The notes under the pieces: generated by a model
What the model was told of the DNA's origin: nothing
Databases searched by the model: none
The model's input: the letters and a program-made list of their open reading frames with translations, nothing else
Shown: positions 37,479-49,907 of the stretch, one piece after another
Numbering within the stretch: position 1 is the first letter of the stretch
Layout of the letters: each line of letters opens with the position of its first letter
Translations under genes and position numbers: made by a program
Assembly: GCA_010015805.1 (NCBI GenBank)
Contig: ML978130.1
Span: forward strand, 558,001-622,000
DNA from: Rhizodiscina lignyota
Lineage: Eukaryota
Length of the DNA stretch: 64,000 bases
Reading direction: 5' to 3'

Positions 37479-38365
37479 TTTGGTTCCTGGGGCTTGACGC
37501 TGTGTTCCGACGTCAGTTTTTAAAGCTCGAGATCTCGGATCGGCACTTGTCTAGTGGAACCATGCGAATTTATCGAGTTCTGCCTCTTCCGGCTTCTCAA
37601 TTGGAATTGATGCTGTTGCATGTAAATCAGCAAAGATCTACAGGTGGTGATGAGCTTCGTCAGAAGTAAATTAAACATATTCTTCTTCACTGTGCCTGAC
37701 TGGTCTTGATCGATACCATGTCTCCGACTTGCAGATGTGATCCGAAAGATTCAGATCTGTACTACCATTATGCAGATTGAAGGACAAGTGATCCGACTGA
37801 TGGGTTTTCGGATGGCCCTGATGGATACTGGAAAACAATGCTTAGGGTTAGGGCTTTTGAGATCGCGTAAATGCATGGCCAATTTCCCGGCTCCAGGATG
37901 TGGGATGACCCACCATGTGGCTGTTTCATTTGGATGGCTTTTCTCCTTTTAAATCGGGGCCGCCCAATCCTTTCAAATCATAGCCTCGTTTCATGTATAA
38001 GCCAAACGCGTGACGTAGCCTCCGATCTCTCTTTCCCACCACTCGGAGAATTTAGTCTATGTGACACGAGCCCGGAATTGACCTGACTTTCCAGCTGGCC
38101 AGTTCTCGTCCAACGTTCTTTTGCCCTGGGGTCCTTCTACTTTTGTACAGGGGGAACGGCATTTCGGTGTGGTTTTGAACAAATTGAAACATCACATATT
38201 AAGGCCAGACCACCTCCGCAGTGGGAAAGTGAAATACCATATAAGTATCTCATCTCCAATTACTTTGTTCTTTGTCCTATCAGACGCGCCTTTAGAAACC
38301 TCACTTGTATTTTCGTGGCCGTCCCATCCACTCGTTTCTCATCCAAACTCGTCCAAATCACCAAC

Positions 38366-38933
38366 ATGATGTTGTTCACTCTTCTCGCGGTGATCGCCGC
38401 TCCTGTCATGGCCCTCAGTGGTCAAGCAACGACAACGGTATGAAACCTCTCTCTTCCCTTCAAACGTCAGGATTAACTCTTCTGACAATCTACAGCGTTA
38501 CTACGACGGTCAAGAAGGTGCCTGCGGTTGCGGTACCAGCAGTTCCTCCGCCTTCTCCTGGCAACTCGGCGGCTCCGGCTTCTACACCGCTGCGGGCTCA
38601 CAAGCACTCTTTGGCGATGGCACATGGTGTGGCTCCGGTTGCGGAAAGTGCTATCAGCTCACCTCTACGGGATCCGCTCCATCAGGGCAAGGAACAGGCG
38701 GCGACGCAGGGCAGTCGATTACTGTCATGGTCACAAACCTCTGCCCCAACCAGGGTAACGCTCAGTGGTGCCCGAACGTCGGCGGCACGAACCAGTACGG
38801 ATTCGAATACCACTTCGATATCATGGCGCAGAGCGAGGTGTTTGGCGACAATCCGATTGTGAACTTCGAGGAGGTGACGTGCCCTGGTGCGGCATCATCA
38901 GATTTTGGACAGTGCCAGTGCGCTAGCATGTAA
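38366..38933 (+). CDS. Secreted GH45 endoglucanase (Cel45A/EGV-like, no CBM1)
   Basis: Signal peptide and ATTT, intron, then RYYDGQEGACGCG, YTAAGSQALF, WCGSGCGKCYQLTSTG, VMVTNLCP, YHFDIMA. Confidence 0.92.
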
Positions 38934-39488
38934 ACAGTGGGCGCTACGACTGGAGAGTGCTGGACAAATCGATGAGATTGGTTGATATCTTCTTGGACAT
39001 ATTTAGGGTTAGCATAGCGGTAGAGTTAACGCATGAAATATTGCACCTTTCACATCAAGCTTAGATTCGGTTTCGACTTTAATCCTATGTTTTCAAGCCG
39101 ATGTGATGGGTAAGAGGAAGCTGACTGCATGGCTGTCAATACTCGGAGAAGAAATTCAGTTTCAAGGCATTCGAACTGCACGTAGCAAACGATACTTACA
39201 ATCGGTTTGCGGACGAGTTACGACGAGGGAGTAACTTCCGTGGCTCAGCCGAGAATGTGGCGAGAATTATCCACTCTGAGGGAAGAATCCTCCGAGGCTT
39301 GGAGGCTGCCTGGCTGAATCTATCCATTCTTCCTAACTCACTGCGGGTCCTCCCACAACCCTTTGGGCCTTGCTTTAAACTGACGGAGATCACGATACAG
39401 CTAGGGCATCAGAAAGGGCATCTTTATGATACGCTCATGAGTATAGCATGGCATTGTTGGCGTGCAGCTAGGCCAACAAAACGACAAC

Positions 39489-41361
39489 ATGTGGTTGATC
39501 GACACGGCGACCTTCCATTTGACGGAATTTACATTAGACGCACAGAGGCCCAAATATGCCATCTTGTCGCACAGGTGGATTGAGGGTGAGGAAGTCACTT
39601 TCCAGGAAATGCGGTCCAATGGCCTCCCGCCAGACAGGAGTGAGATCAGTCAATGCTGCAAACTCGCTCGGGCAGAGGGAATAGCATACGCATGGGTGGA
39701 TACCTGGTACGTTTGCGAATGAGCCTGTGCTTTTGTTGGATAATCATGACCAATTTATCAGCTGTATCGACAAAACAAGTAGCGCTGAGCTTACCGAGGC
39801 AATCAATTCAATGTACCATTGGTACGCAGATTCAGAGATTTGCTATGCATACCTCGCAGACGTCCACGTACAAGAATCATCGACACTGACAAAGAGCTCA
39901 TGGTTCACTCGTGGTTGGACTCTGCAGGAACTAATAGCGCCGGAGCAGGTTTTGTTCTACGACCATGGCTGGACACCACTGGGAAGCCGATCCGATTTGA
40001 GTTGGGAGCTCTCTTATATAACGGGCATTGCTGAGGCAGTCCTTGCACAGCAGAAAGCAGTAAATTTTTGTTCAATTGCTGAGCGGATGTCATGGGCATC
40101 TCGGCGTACTACTACAAGAAAAGAAGACATGGCATATGGCCTCTTGGGCCTCTTCCAGGTCAATATGCCGATGTTATATGGAGAGGGAGGAGAGCGAGCA
40201 TTTCTCCGCTTACAGGAAGAGATAATTAAGAGCTCAGATGATCATTCGATTTTTGCTTGGCGGCAAGAGGATGACAGAGGTTCCCAAGCTGGAGGAACGT
40301 GTCGAGGTCTGCTAGCTCGATCGCCTGCTGCATTCACGTCGTGTCTGCGTATCAGAAGCGTCTCCGTTCGCAGTCACACAGGAAGATATCCGTACTCGAT
40401 GACCAATAGAGGCCTTTCGATCACGCTGAACCTGACGCCGTGGTATCTTGACACTTATCTTGCGGTGTTAAATTGCGAGGATCGCAGCTACCGAACGGGA
40501 GACCATGGATCCAGGAATAGAGGGATCAGAACATACGTTCAGAAACGGCACGAAGACCCCGCTGTCATGCGAATGGGTATATTTCTTCGAAGACTGTATG
40601 AAGACGACCAGTATGCCAGAGTGGATATGGCCGGCAAAGAAGTTCAAAATAGAGTCAAGATGTTCGGGACTCATATGCCATCCAGCAGATCACGCGATAC
40701 ACATATCAATATTCCGCAAAGAGAGCTCCCCGGGACTGAGAAGGACTTCCTGGCACCCAGAGTGTATGGCTTTCGAATCTCTGAAAATCTCCTTCCACGA
40801 GCCGTCGGAGCAGACCTGTTCTTCGAGCCCGTATTAGAAATGCAGAAATGGGTTCAGGAATTGAGGGTAGTCGCCGCTGAGCCAGGTTTTGGAGGTTGGG
40901 ATTCCTTTGTGACCTTAAACATTACACTGAGGAATTGTCGTTATCTCATCAAACTCGGGTTTGATTTCGACTTTAACCCTGCGTGCTTTCTCGCGGATGA
41001 GAAAGGCATGCATGAGCTGCCTGAATACTCTCATCCGCGACTCTCAGATGAGGAGAAACATAGATTCAAGGGCATCCAGGAGCGCACAGCAAACGATACA
41101 CACGGTTGGAATGAAATCTACTATGGCCGGCATCCTACAATGCGTCATAGCGATGGAAATTTTGCTGATCCAAATGTCCGTGAAGGTCTCTGGGCACTCA
41201 AAGGGGATCGAATAAATGGATTGGAGGTCCATCTACCCGATGTCCCCACTCGCGGGGACTACGTACGAGTGAAGATGAAGAAGATGACTGTATCTGGTTA
41301 CTTATTTTGGGACTTTGCTCTTGAGAATTTACGAGAGACCGATGAGACGGGAAGCTCCTAA
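39489..41361 (+). CDS. HET-domain protein (HET-E-like N-terminal HET domain)
   Basis: MWLIDT, YAILSHRW, YAWVDTC/CIDKTSSAELTEAINSMYHWY, WFTRGWTLQELIAP, SIAERMSWASRRTTTRKEDMAYGLLGLF, AFLRLQEEI..SDDHSIFAW; one intron about 39707-39761. Confidence 0.9.
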
Positions 41362-41467
41362 AAAGGGTATTTCGATGATTCTTCGTAGAAAGTGTCCGAT
41401 ATAAAGAGTAAAGCTGTGTTTGGAGCAACAGTTCGTGTAGAGCGCTGATGGTGGTAACAGTGGGTTT

Positions 41468-43151
41468 TCAGTCTGCGTACTTGAATTCAAGGATAAGTTT
41501 ATCTCCAACCGGAGGTCCCAGTACGTCGTCAATTTGCTCCATGCCTTCGTCATCGATGACTCGAGTTGCATATCTCACGTATATTGCGGCGAGAACAATT
41601 TTCAACACTAAGACATTATTAGTTTCCCAATGAAGACTGAATGCACTCCAAGCGGAGCAGCAACGTGAACTCACCTAAGATTGCGAAGTTATCTCCAACA
41701 CACATTCTCGGGCCCTTGGAGAAGTGTAATAGCCAGGTTCGCGGATTAGCTTTCGATGACTCTTCGCTTTCATTTATATCAGTCTCATTCGCCTGATTCT
41801 TGTCTTCATTGGACATCTGTCCTCCAGAGAGAGTGCCATTTATCGTTTCCGAGCCGATCCATCTCTCTGGATTCCATGCTTCCGCATCCGAAAATACGTC
41901 TTTCTGTCGGTGTAGATAATATGGAGCCGCATGAATTGTTGTTCCGCCGGGTATGAAGCGCCCTTCAATCACCGCACCTCCTTTTGGTACTTCACGTCGT
42001 TGTGGTCCCGGACCCGGTGGATGCAGTCGCAGCGTTTCAGTGACAACGGCGTCCAGTAGCGGAAGTCCATCAAGACGACGTAATAACGCCGTAAGCGATG
42101 AGAGCTCCTGGCACGAGGAGCGCGTAAATGGAGGTTGGACGTTCACCAACTCATTCCGTAGAGCGAGCTGCGTTTCTTCATGTTGAGAAAGTTCATGCAT
42201 AGCGTACGTCAAAGCAATGCCAATGCCTACTCTTCCAGCCTCAGTATTGTCCAGTACTTCGGAAGCAGCACGACGCAGAACCTCTCGGAAATCCTCGGTA
42301 CCTTCTTTGCGAGGAATTTGTTCAATGAGCTGAGCGAAAGGTACAGGATATGTTCCATGCCTTTCCGGCCTCTTGATGGGTTCTACACTTTCGACCTCCT
42401 CTTGCAAGTCTTGCTTGCGCAAAGTCCATGCCGTCTGCTCGCACATCTGCAAACATTCCTCTTCCAAGATTTCAGCAGCATACTTAGCGCCTTTAAGGTT
42501 CAGCAACTTCTTCTTGCCGTTCTCCAAATACGTCTTTCGCACTTTCTCTTTCCCCTTCCTTACAATGTCTAAGCCTTTCGCCGTACCGAATGCATATGTA
42601 CTCACGATCTCCGCACCTACTGCGCTTCCGATCGCATATACATCCAGGCCCTCCTCTTTGCCCACAGCATCGTCCAAAACAGGCATCAGCCGTTCAAAAA
42701 TCACCTCCCTCACGCAACCCTCAAAGTCGTCCGATCTCAGCAAGTAGCTCTTGGAGTAAATCTGGCTCACCATCCGCCTCCGCATAGCGTGCTTTTCGCG
42801 CCCAAACGTCGTCACCAGATTTGGTGTCCCATCATAGTTGAAGAATTGCTCAAACCATTTGCTCCTCTCAAATCCGCCTCCGTAGATCTTCTTCACAGCG
42901 TCTAGTGAAGTGACAGAGACTTCATCAGGCGCCAGACGAATAATTGGACCACATCGCTGATGTGCGGCGAAGATGCTGCGGCTTTCGCGGCCGCGGCGTC
43001 GTTGGAGCCATATCCAGAGCCCTGAGAATGACGACGTGGGATGTGCGAGGGGGAGTTTGGATAGCGGAGAGAGCAACGTGGGGCTGATAAAGTAGCGATA
43101 TGAAAGAAACGCTAGAAGCAGTGCGAACACAACTACAGGCACAGACATCAT
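41468..43151 (-). CDS. Cytochrome P450 with atypical I-helix
   Basis: N-terminal anchor, GPIIRLAPDEV, ETLRLHPP (ExxR), WNPERW, heme motif FSKGPRMCVG; intron about 41619-41675 before the last exon. Confidence 0.85.
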
Positions 43152-43621
43152 GATCCGGAAATTGAGAAGAGGCGGTCAGACCACGCTGCTGATCAGAGCA
43201 TTGACCTCGAAACGAAGTCAGAGTCAAGTTCCTGGAGGCTGGAAATCAGATGGGATGTTCGCTTCGGCGTCGATCGGGCAGAAACGCCCGGGTTGGGGTG
43301 GTGGGACCCCATCGAGGGCAGCACGTCCGCAAGGTGGGTACCCATGCACCGGATTCACGGGCCGCAGAATTAACCAAGCTGGGTACAGCATCTTATGCTA
43401 CTGGCCAAGATTCAAGCGTTTGCAGAAGCTCCTGAATCATGCACGCTCATGACTCGGATGCAATCATCCGTATGCCATCACGCATAATTCATTTGACTCT
43501 TTTTTCGTTCCCTTCGTGTCTGTCATTCTTATTAACTATTAAGGTTGGTGGTCTATATGCTTCATAGATGGCCGTAGATTCGTCAGTGATCTTCGTCAAT
43601 TTATGTACTCGGGTTCCAAAT

Positions 43622-45520
43622 CTACATTCGCTTCGGCGCAACTGGAACGTGGAATCTGTTGCGTCCGCTGATAACATAATCGAGAACAGCCCCAACCAAT
43701 ACTGCGCCCAAGATTGGGCCAGCGTAGTTGAAATTGCCAGCAGTAACCGGCAGCACCGTGGGGAATGGCATCCACAGTATTACGTAGATCAAGTACAGCA
43801 GAGCAAAGAGATTGACGAGCACGCCGAGCTTGCCAATGCGGTACGATCCATACACTGGTGGGCGACCCTGAATCTTGCGAATCATCACGAAGCAGATGGG
43901 GAGGCAGTATGATACGCTCAATGCCATAGTCTGGAGCGAGATGATGGCGTTGAAGGCGGTTGACGAGATGACGTACACGATCGAAAGGAGAAAGCTAATG
44001 ACGCCGATAAGCCCAAGGGCGTTGAGCGGCAGCATGAGTTTCGGATGCACCTACGAGCATATATCTGTCAATCTTGCTTTTGAGTCGGGCTTCTTCACAG
44101 AAAACACTTACATATGCAAAGGTCTTGGAGAATGGCAGACCATTATCTTTGGCAAAAGCCCAAACGAGACGCGAAACAGATGCGAAGGCGTTGAATAGAG
44201 CCACGAACAGTATGAGAGCTGGCATTGTCACGAGTATGACAGTACCGGCCTTGGAGTGGGTGGCACCATAAAAGACCTCGATTATGGGCAAAGGTGCCGC
44301 AGAGACCGTTTGGACATCCCCGATGGTGAAGAGCAAGCAGATGACAAACGCAAACAGCATTACAGCATTACTGATAACTGCAATCAAAATGCTGTGAGGA
44401 GCTCGAACCTGGACGTTTTTGACTTCGTCGCCTGCCGCATTTGTTAGAAACTGCAATTAGTGTTCCGAAATAGAGAGTTGTACTCATATGTAAAACTGCA
44501 TCAGCACCTGCAAAAGTTCAGCAATTGCATTTTTGACTTTGAGTTGATATGGTCATCGTTTACCGGATAATGGGAAAGTCACAGTCAATAGTCCAAGTCC
44601 CCAGCAGACTCCGGGGTTATTCCAGCCACTTACGCCAGTGGTTAGAGTCTTGAATACATAGTCGGTAGTGCTTCGTCGTGCCAGTGTGACTAGAACTATT
44701 ATCCAGACCAGGAAGAAGAGGAAGTGGAATAGCCCGCCGAAGATCTCAAATGCGTTGAGGAGCTGCCGGAAATACAAGTTGAAGAAGAATGGCACGCAAA
44801 TCAGTCCCCACATGATAAGCATTGTATGCCAATTCTTGACCTCATAATCCGGATGGCAGAAACTTGCTAAGGCGGTCATCATATTCGCGATAATGGCGGG
44901 CGGCCCTGCACATGCCATGATCCACGCAAATACTGTCACCCAACCTGTTCGATGTGAGTAATCCGTTCAAAATTTTAAATCGGAGTGTTTGGCACCTTGG
45001 ATTAAGCCCCAAAACTTTGGCGCAAATGGCGCAAGGTTGGCAGACCATCTGTACTGTGCTCCGACAGTTGGATCTCTGGTTGTCATTAGCGACTGAAAGT
45101 TAATTAGGTTCAGATATACGTACATTGACGCCAATTCAGCCAACGAAGCTCCTACAGCCGTCGCGCCGAATCCAACCAATATACAACCGTACACCATTGA
45201 TGCTGGGCCGCCATTGAACAGTGCGAATTGGAAGGTGACGGCGAGTGCCTCCCAGGAACAGAGAATAGTGCAGCTGAAATTTACGGCAGCTACAAATCTG
45301 ATGTATCTCTGATGGAACACAATAAGCTTTGCTGTGCATGGACGGTTGTTTTCGTGTTGATGGATAATACCTGTAATTGCTGAGGATTCGCGCCGTCCGC
45401 TTGGTAAACGCCTTTTGACTCTACGTCTTCGAACGGTACCTCTCCGACTCTGAGCGTTTTCGAGTAGTTGTCATCCGGCTTCATGTCGTTCATGATCATC
45501 GATATCTCGCGGTCGGTCAT
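43622..45520 (-). CDS. Amino acid/choline (APC family, GABA/choline-type) permease
   Basis: NGGPASMVYG, SLAELASM/DPTVGAQYRW, SGWNNPGVCWGLGLL, ASVSRLVWAFAKDNGLPFS, STAFNAIISL, NFNYAGPI; several introns. Confidence 0.88.
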
Positions 45521-46722
45521 GATTGCGATTCACCATTTACTCCCAACTTCGAAAATGGACTGAGGCGTGACTTTGTGTAACCTCAAGACCAAATTTTCGG
45601 GTGTGGAGAAAAAAATACAAAGCAATGCAAGCGGGGAAAAGAGAAACGTTGGGTCGGCTTGCGGCAATGGCGCCTCGTACCATCTGCCTGGACTCGCACG
45701 TCAAAGGCGGTGGTCGAGCAGAGGGAGCATTTTCTTGCGCGGCTGCGTGCAGATGCAGAGAACGGCGACGCGACGTTTTGAGGGATGAGATTGGGGCGGA
45801 ACTTCGCGAGGAGAACTGCACGACCTTGCAGCACCAGCCATAGCGGATTGTCGGGGCCTCGTTCCCCATCACACCGGGCTTGCTCTTCTAAGGTTAGCAC
45901 TTGAAGCAGAACTGAAAGGAGACACACTTCTCTATCCGCTCCAATTAAATCCTGGGGGTTGCGCGCTCAGACGCTCAACCACGTCGAACAAAACCCCACA
46001 TGGCTGGCGGGCACTAGGGCATGGCACCACTGCAGTGGGACGGGACGAGTCGCTCGACTCCGCTTCATCCGTTTTTGTGCCTTGGACCCGGACCCTCTCC
46101 AGCATCATGCAATTGGTATCAAGTGCGCCCACCTCAACCGGTCGAGACCTTTAAAACATGCAGTTGGTACTTCCATATGTTCCTCGCAAAAGAGATGGTG
46201 CCTGTTGTATGTCGAGAAGTGACAGTGTGATGCGAGCTAGCTGCAATCTCATAAGCCCCTGGCAAGTTCCTCGACGAAGCTCATGGGTACCTGGAATATT
46301 CCTATGTCCATGCAAAGAGCGTCAATTTGTACTAGCGCGCACTGGCATGAACATGAGACTTGCTTGAAGACGCAACGAGGTCAGCGGAGACCTACATAGT
46401 GTTTGCGCTTTGATCCGAATCGCCGAGGCTTGTGGCGCGCTTTAAACCTCTGTTGGTAGTGTAATGCGATGCACCTGCATTTTCTCAGGGTCTGCACCAA
46501 AACCTGATGTGCTCCGTACCTATCGGTTACATACTGGCAGTCGACATTCGAAATTTTCTTCGTCTTCCCAGACCCCACCTTGAATCACGATCGAAAGACA
46601 AGTTGGCCGATGAGAAAGATACTCAATTAGTAGACTCAGAGAGACAATCAACACCTTGAACTGAGGCTTCTGGGGGCGACTCGTCGATTTCTGTCCCGGA
46701 ACTTGCGCACGAAGGAATTGGG

Positions 46723-49624
46723 TTATCGAGTCAATCGAGACGTCGAAGATTTGAAAGGTTGAGATACCCGACTCCATATCCAGTCCCACGTCCTCTGCTC
46801 CACGTTGGCTAGGCCCCTGTCTGCCGTGACATACCAACTCCACCACGACCTCCCTGCCTCGCTCCAGTCTCTATCGAAGGACCGCAGCCAAGCTCGGTAT
46901 GCTAGCGGAATGGTGATCAGATACCAGAGCACAGCAAGTACTGCCACAATTGCGTAGAGTACGACACCGATGATGAGCAATGGTTTTGTGCCGGCAGGCC
47001 AAGAGTGAGGAGATCGTGCTTTCAGTATGCCAAAAGCAATGAGGCACCCAACAGCGGGCAGAATAAAACAGAAGAGAGATATCTGGGCCAGGATGTTGCC
47101 ATTCTGGAACGGACCGAGCGAGATTGGTCGGCGTGGCAAACGATTGAAGTTTGGGATCGGATCTAAAGAGGCCAATATAAGAAAAAGCTCGACGTGGACA
47201 TAGTAGCGACATACCATATTCAACGACCAGCCGGCATGATTTAGGGACTCGCAGCGAGAGATACGTTGGCGCAAGCAACTCATCTTGGACTGCCATTGCT
47301 GATGCCTGCCAGCTTGCCTGCAATGGGTATTTATACACCATACGCAATTCTTGGACGGATCCATGCGGCCGCTGTACGCCAACGATATGAAAGAGCGCAC
47401 CACGAGTCTCGCCATAGGACAAGAATGGATCGCCTTCCAACACAATGCACGTCATGGTTGCCTCTGACGGTGATATCGATTCATTCTTGTCCTGTATAGT
47501 GTTGACCCAGATCATATTCTCCTTCCCATGCTCTTCAATGCGGAACGAGATGGTTCTGGAGACAACGGATTCAATCAGAAATACTATTGTACCGGGCGTA
47601 TCATCAGCATCTTGTTCTAGGAGAAGTCCTCGTTCAACGAATCTCATGGTAGGGTGAGGAGTCATCTTGCTCTGACTAGGTTCGATCGGAAGCCAGCAGT
47701 TCTTGTATTGATAGGATTGCATGTCCCTTGGACCAGTGTTGTAGAAAAGAGAAAACGGCAGAGTGCGGAAACTGAAAAGGATAGTGCGCATTCTCTCGGC
47801 CTTTCCCCCAAGTCTCATAATTACATCAGCATTGAAGTCCAATAGGTTGGCGATAATGACGTGGATGTCTTCACTCTTTGTCGTCGATCGGCGAGCAAGT
47901 TCATTCCACGTTCGCACTAATTGTTCCACCCTGAATGGATCAGACGTCATGTGCTCGAAATGTGCGGCATCATGACCGCCTTTCCTTGATGGTCGACTGG
48001 CCAGGTACCATCGCTTCATAAATTCGTTTGATTGGAACCAAGTGCTCTTAATGATAAAATCCGGCAAGCTCAGGCCAGACCCACTCCATTCGTCAAGCTC
48101 TAAGCTGCTTTTCCAGTCCTGGTGCAGTGTACACCATAGTAACATGTACAGTTTTTGGAATATCGGATGCGTTTGGAAACTGGGACTGCAAGGGAAACTG
48201 GCGTTGGTGTGATACGTAAAGCGCGAACCGGAAAGGCAATAGGCGTGAATCGGGTCGATTGCTGCATCCGCGAATTGGAATACGCATTCGCGTCCAAGGG
48301 CTCCTTCCTGGAATGTCCAGCTACGGCCCATCCAATTGGCCCCGATGATGTGACGCAGTAGCTCAGCTGCCTCCCGCCACCGCGCTGGTATTACCTGGAG
48401 CTCTGCATCAAGCACCAGCACCTGAACGGCAGCAGCATATACTGAAGCCATTTGATTGATCGCTCGCGCTCTAAGAACAGCGGCCTCGGGGCTCACCGGA
48501 ATACAAAGCGTGTCCATCCAGAAGAGCACTTCATCTCCGGATGCGGATCCGGATTGGATATTTAGCCGTTGCCAATCGATACGGAGAGGCCCAGCAGACA
48601 ACGGCGCATTGTCTGCGGCGAATGGAATATCCTTGATGTATCTTTCAAGGCGCTTGATTTGACAAGTTGGGAGCGAGTTGTCCACTATGTTGCCCAGTCC
48701 ATCTGACCAGACGTGGGATATCGCAATGTACCGACTTCTTGGTGTCCGAGTCTTGACGTTCAGTCGCAGTGTTCCGGTTTGGCAGTCTGTCCTGATTGAG
48801 ATGAGTGGCACACCTCCGGTTGCAATTATTTCTTGGACAGTTTGGGGCGGAGGTCCAATCATCTCGCAACGACATCCACCTTCGACATGTTTAGTGACGT
48901 ATTCCAGCATGTCAACGTTGTTTGCAACGCATCGTGGCTCACCCACGCATGCGCCATGGGTGACCGTTTGGTATGGAGTGCGATCAAATTCAGCAAGAAA
49001 CTCCAAATCTTCTGAATCGAGAAGGTCGGACAAATTTCGGACCTGATGAGGACACCAGCCGCGCTGGATCATCAGATGCCTGATGTCGTCGAAGCATTGT
49101 AGTGGTGACATGCGAAATGGAGAATTCGCAGGAGGTTAAAACGACCAAACGATCCGGTCCTCGTCGTAGTTCAAACTTCATGAGAGTAGGTATGGCAGAT
49201 TATCGAGATACGAGGGCATATAGTGTTGCAGTATGAGGAAGCTGTTATCATCAACGCAGATTGAATCAGTCGGTCGTGATATTCCATCTGCAGTGTTTGG
49301 GTTCAAAGCGCCGCATGTTACCATGAACAGAGCATACGGGGTTAATTCTGATAGAGACGAATCAAAAGTGATGTGAAAGGGAAGCTCCGCGCCAAGACCT
49401 TTGGCGCCGAATCGAACCCCATATTTGAACTGCAAGACGAACCTACGATTTCTCCACAAGACCAATTGGATTATATCCGAACCTTCTCCATCAAGAACTT
49501 GAGATACCCTTGATAGTTTGCGCGATTTCCAGTAATTCTTTGTTAAAAGGCGTCCCTGATCGACAGCAATACGACAAGGCTCAAAGAGAGACATGGCCCT
49601 AGACAAGCGGAGTCTTTCCCCCAT
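46723..49624 (-). CDS. HET-domain protein (GWCP-type) with C-terminal transmembrane segment; 5' part interrupted by stops
   Basis: QRGWCP, HVEGGCRC, YIAISHVWSDGLGN, LFWMDTLCIPV, AINQMASVY..AVQVLVLDAEL, WMGRSWTFQEGAL, LARRSTTKSEDIHVIIANLLD. The last exon after an intron at about 47163-47212 has two hydrophobic helices. Start codon uncertain (49624 or 49111). Confidence 0.75.
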
Positions 49625-49907
49625 CAGTGACAACGAGTCATTCTAATGTGACTACCAACATCTACTATCACTATAGCAATGGAAATTCGGAAGGTTAACT
49701 CGGAACTGGTGTCTCGTGGACTGATATAGTGTGCCGCTTAAGCGGACGATGGCTACCCGCAATTGGTACGTATCAAATCAGACCAACGCGGGGACCCCGC
49801 AACGTCATAAGAAGAGCGGGCGCCCATCTAGTAATGAGTGAGCATTTATTGGCAGCAAGTTACCCACTTCAATTGCTTCGTTCTCTGCAAGATTCAAGAT
49901 TCTCAAG

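Noticed and set aside
37842..37853. TTAGGGTTAGGG telomere-like dimer
   Set aside because: Only two units; too short to support an interstitial telomeric remnant.
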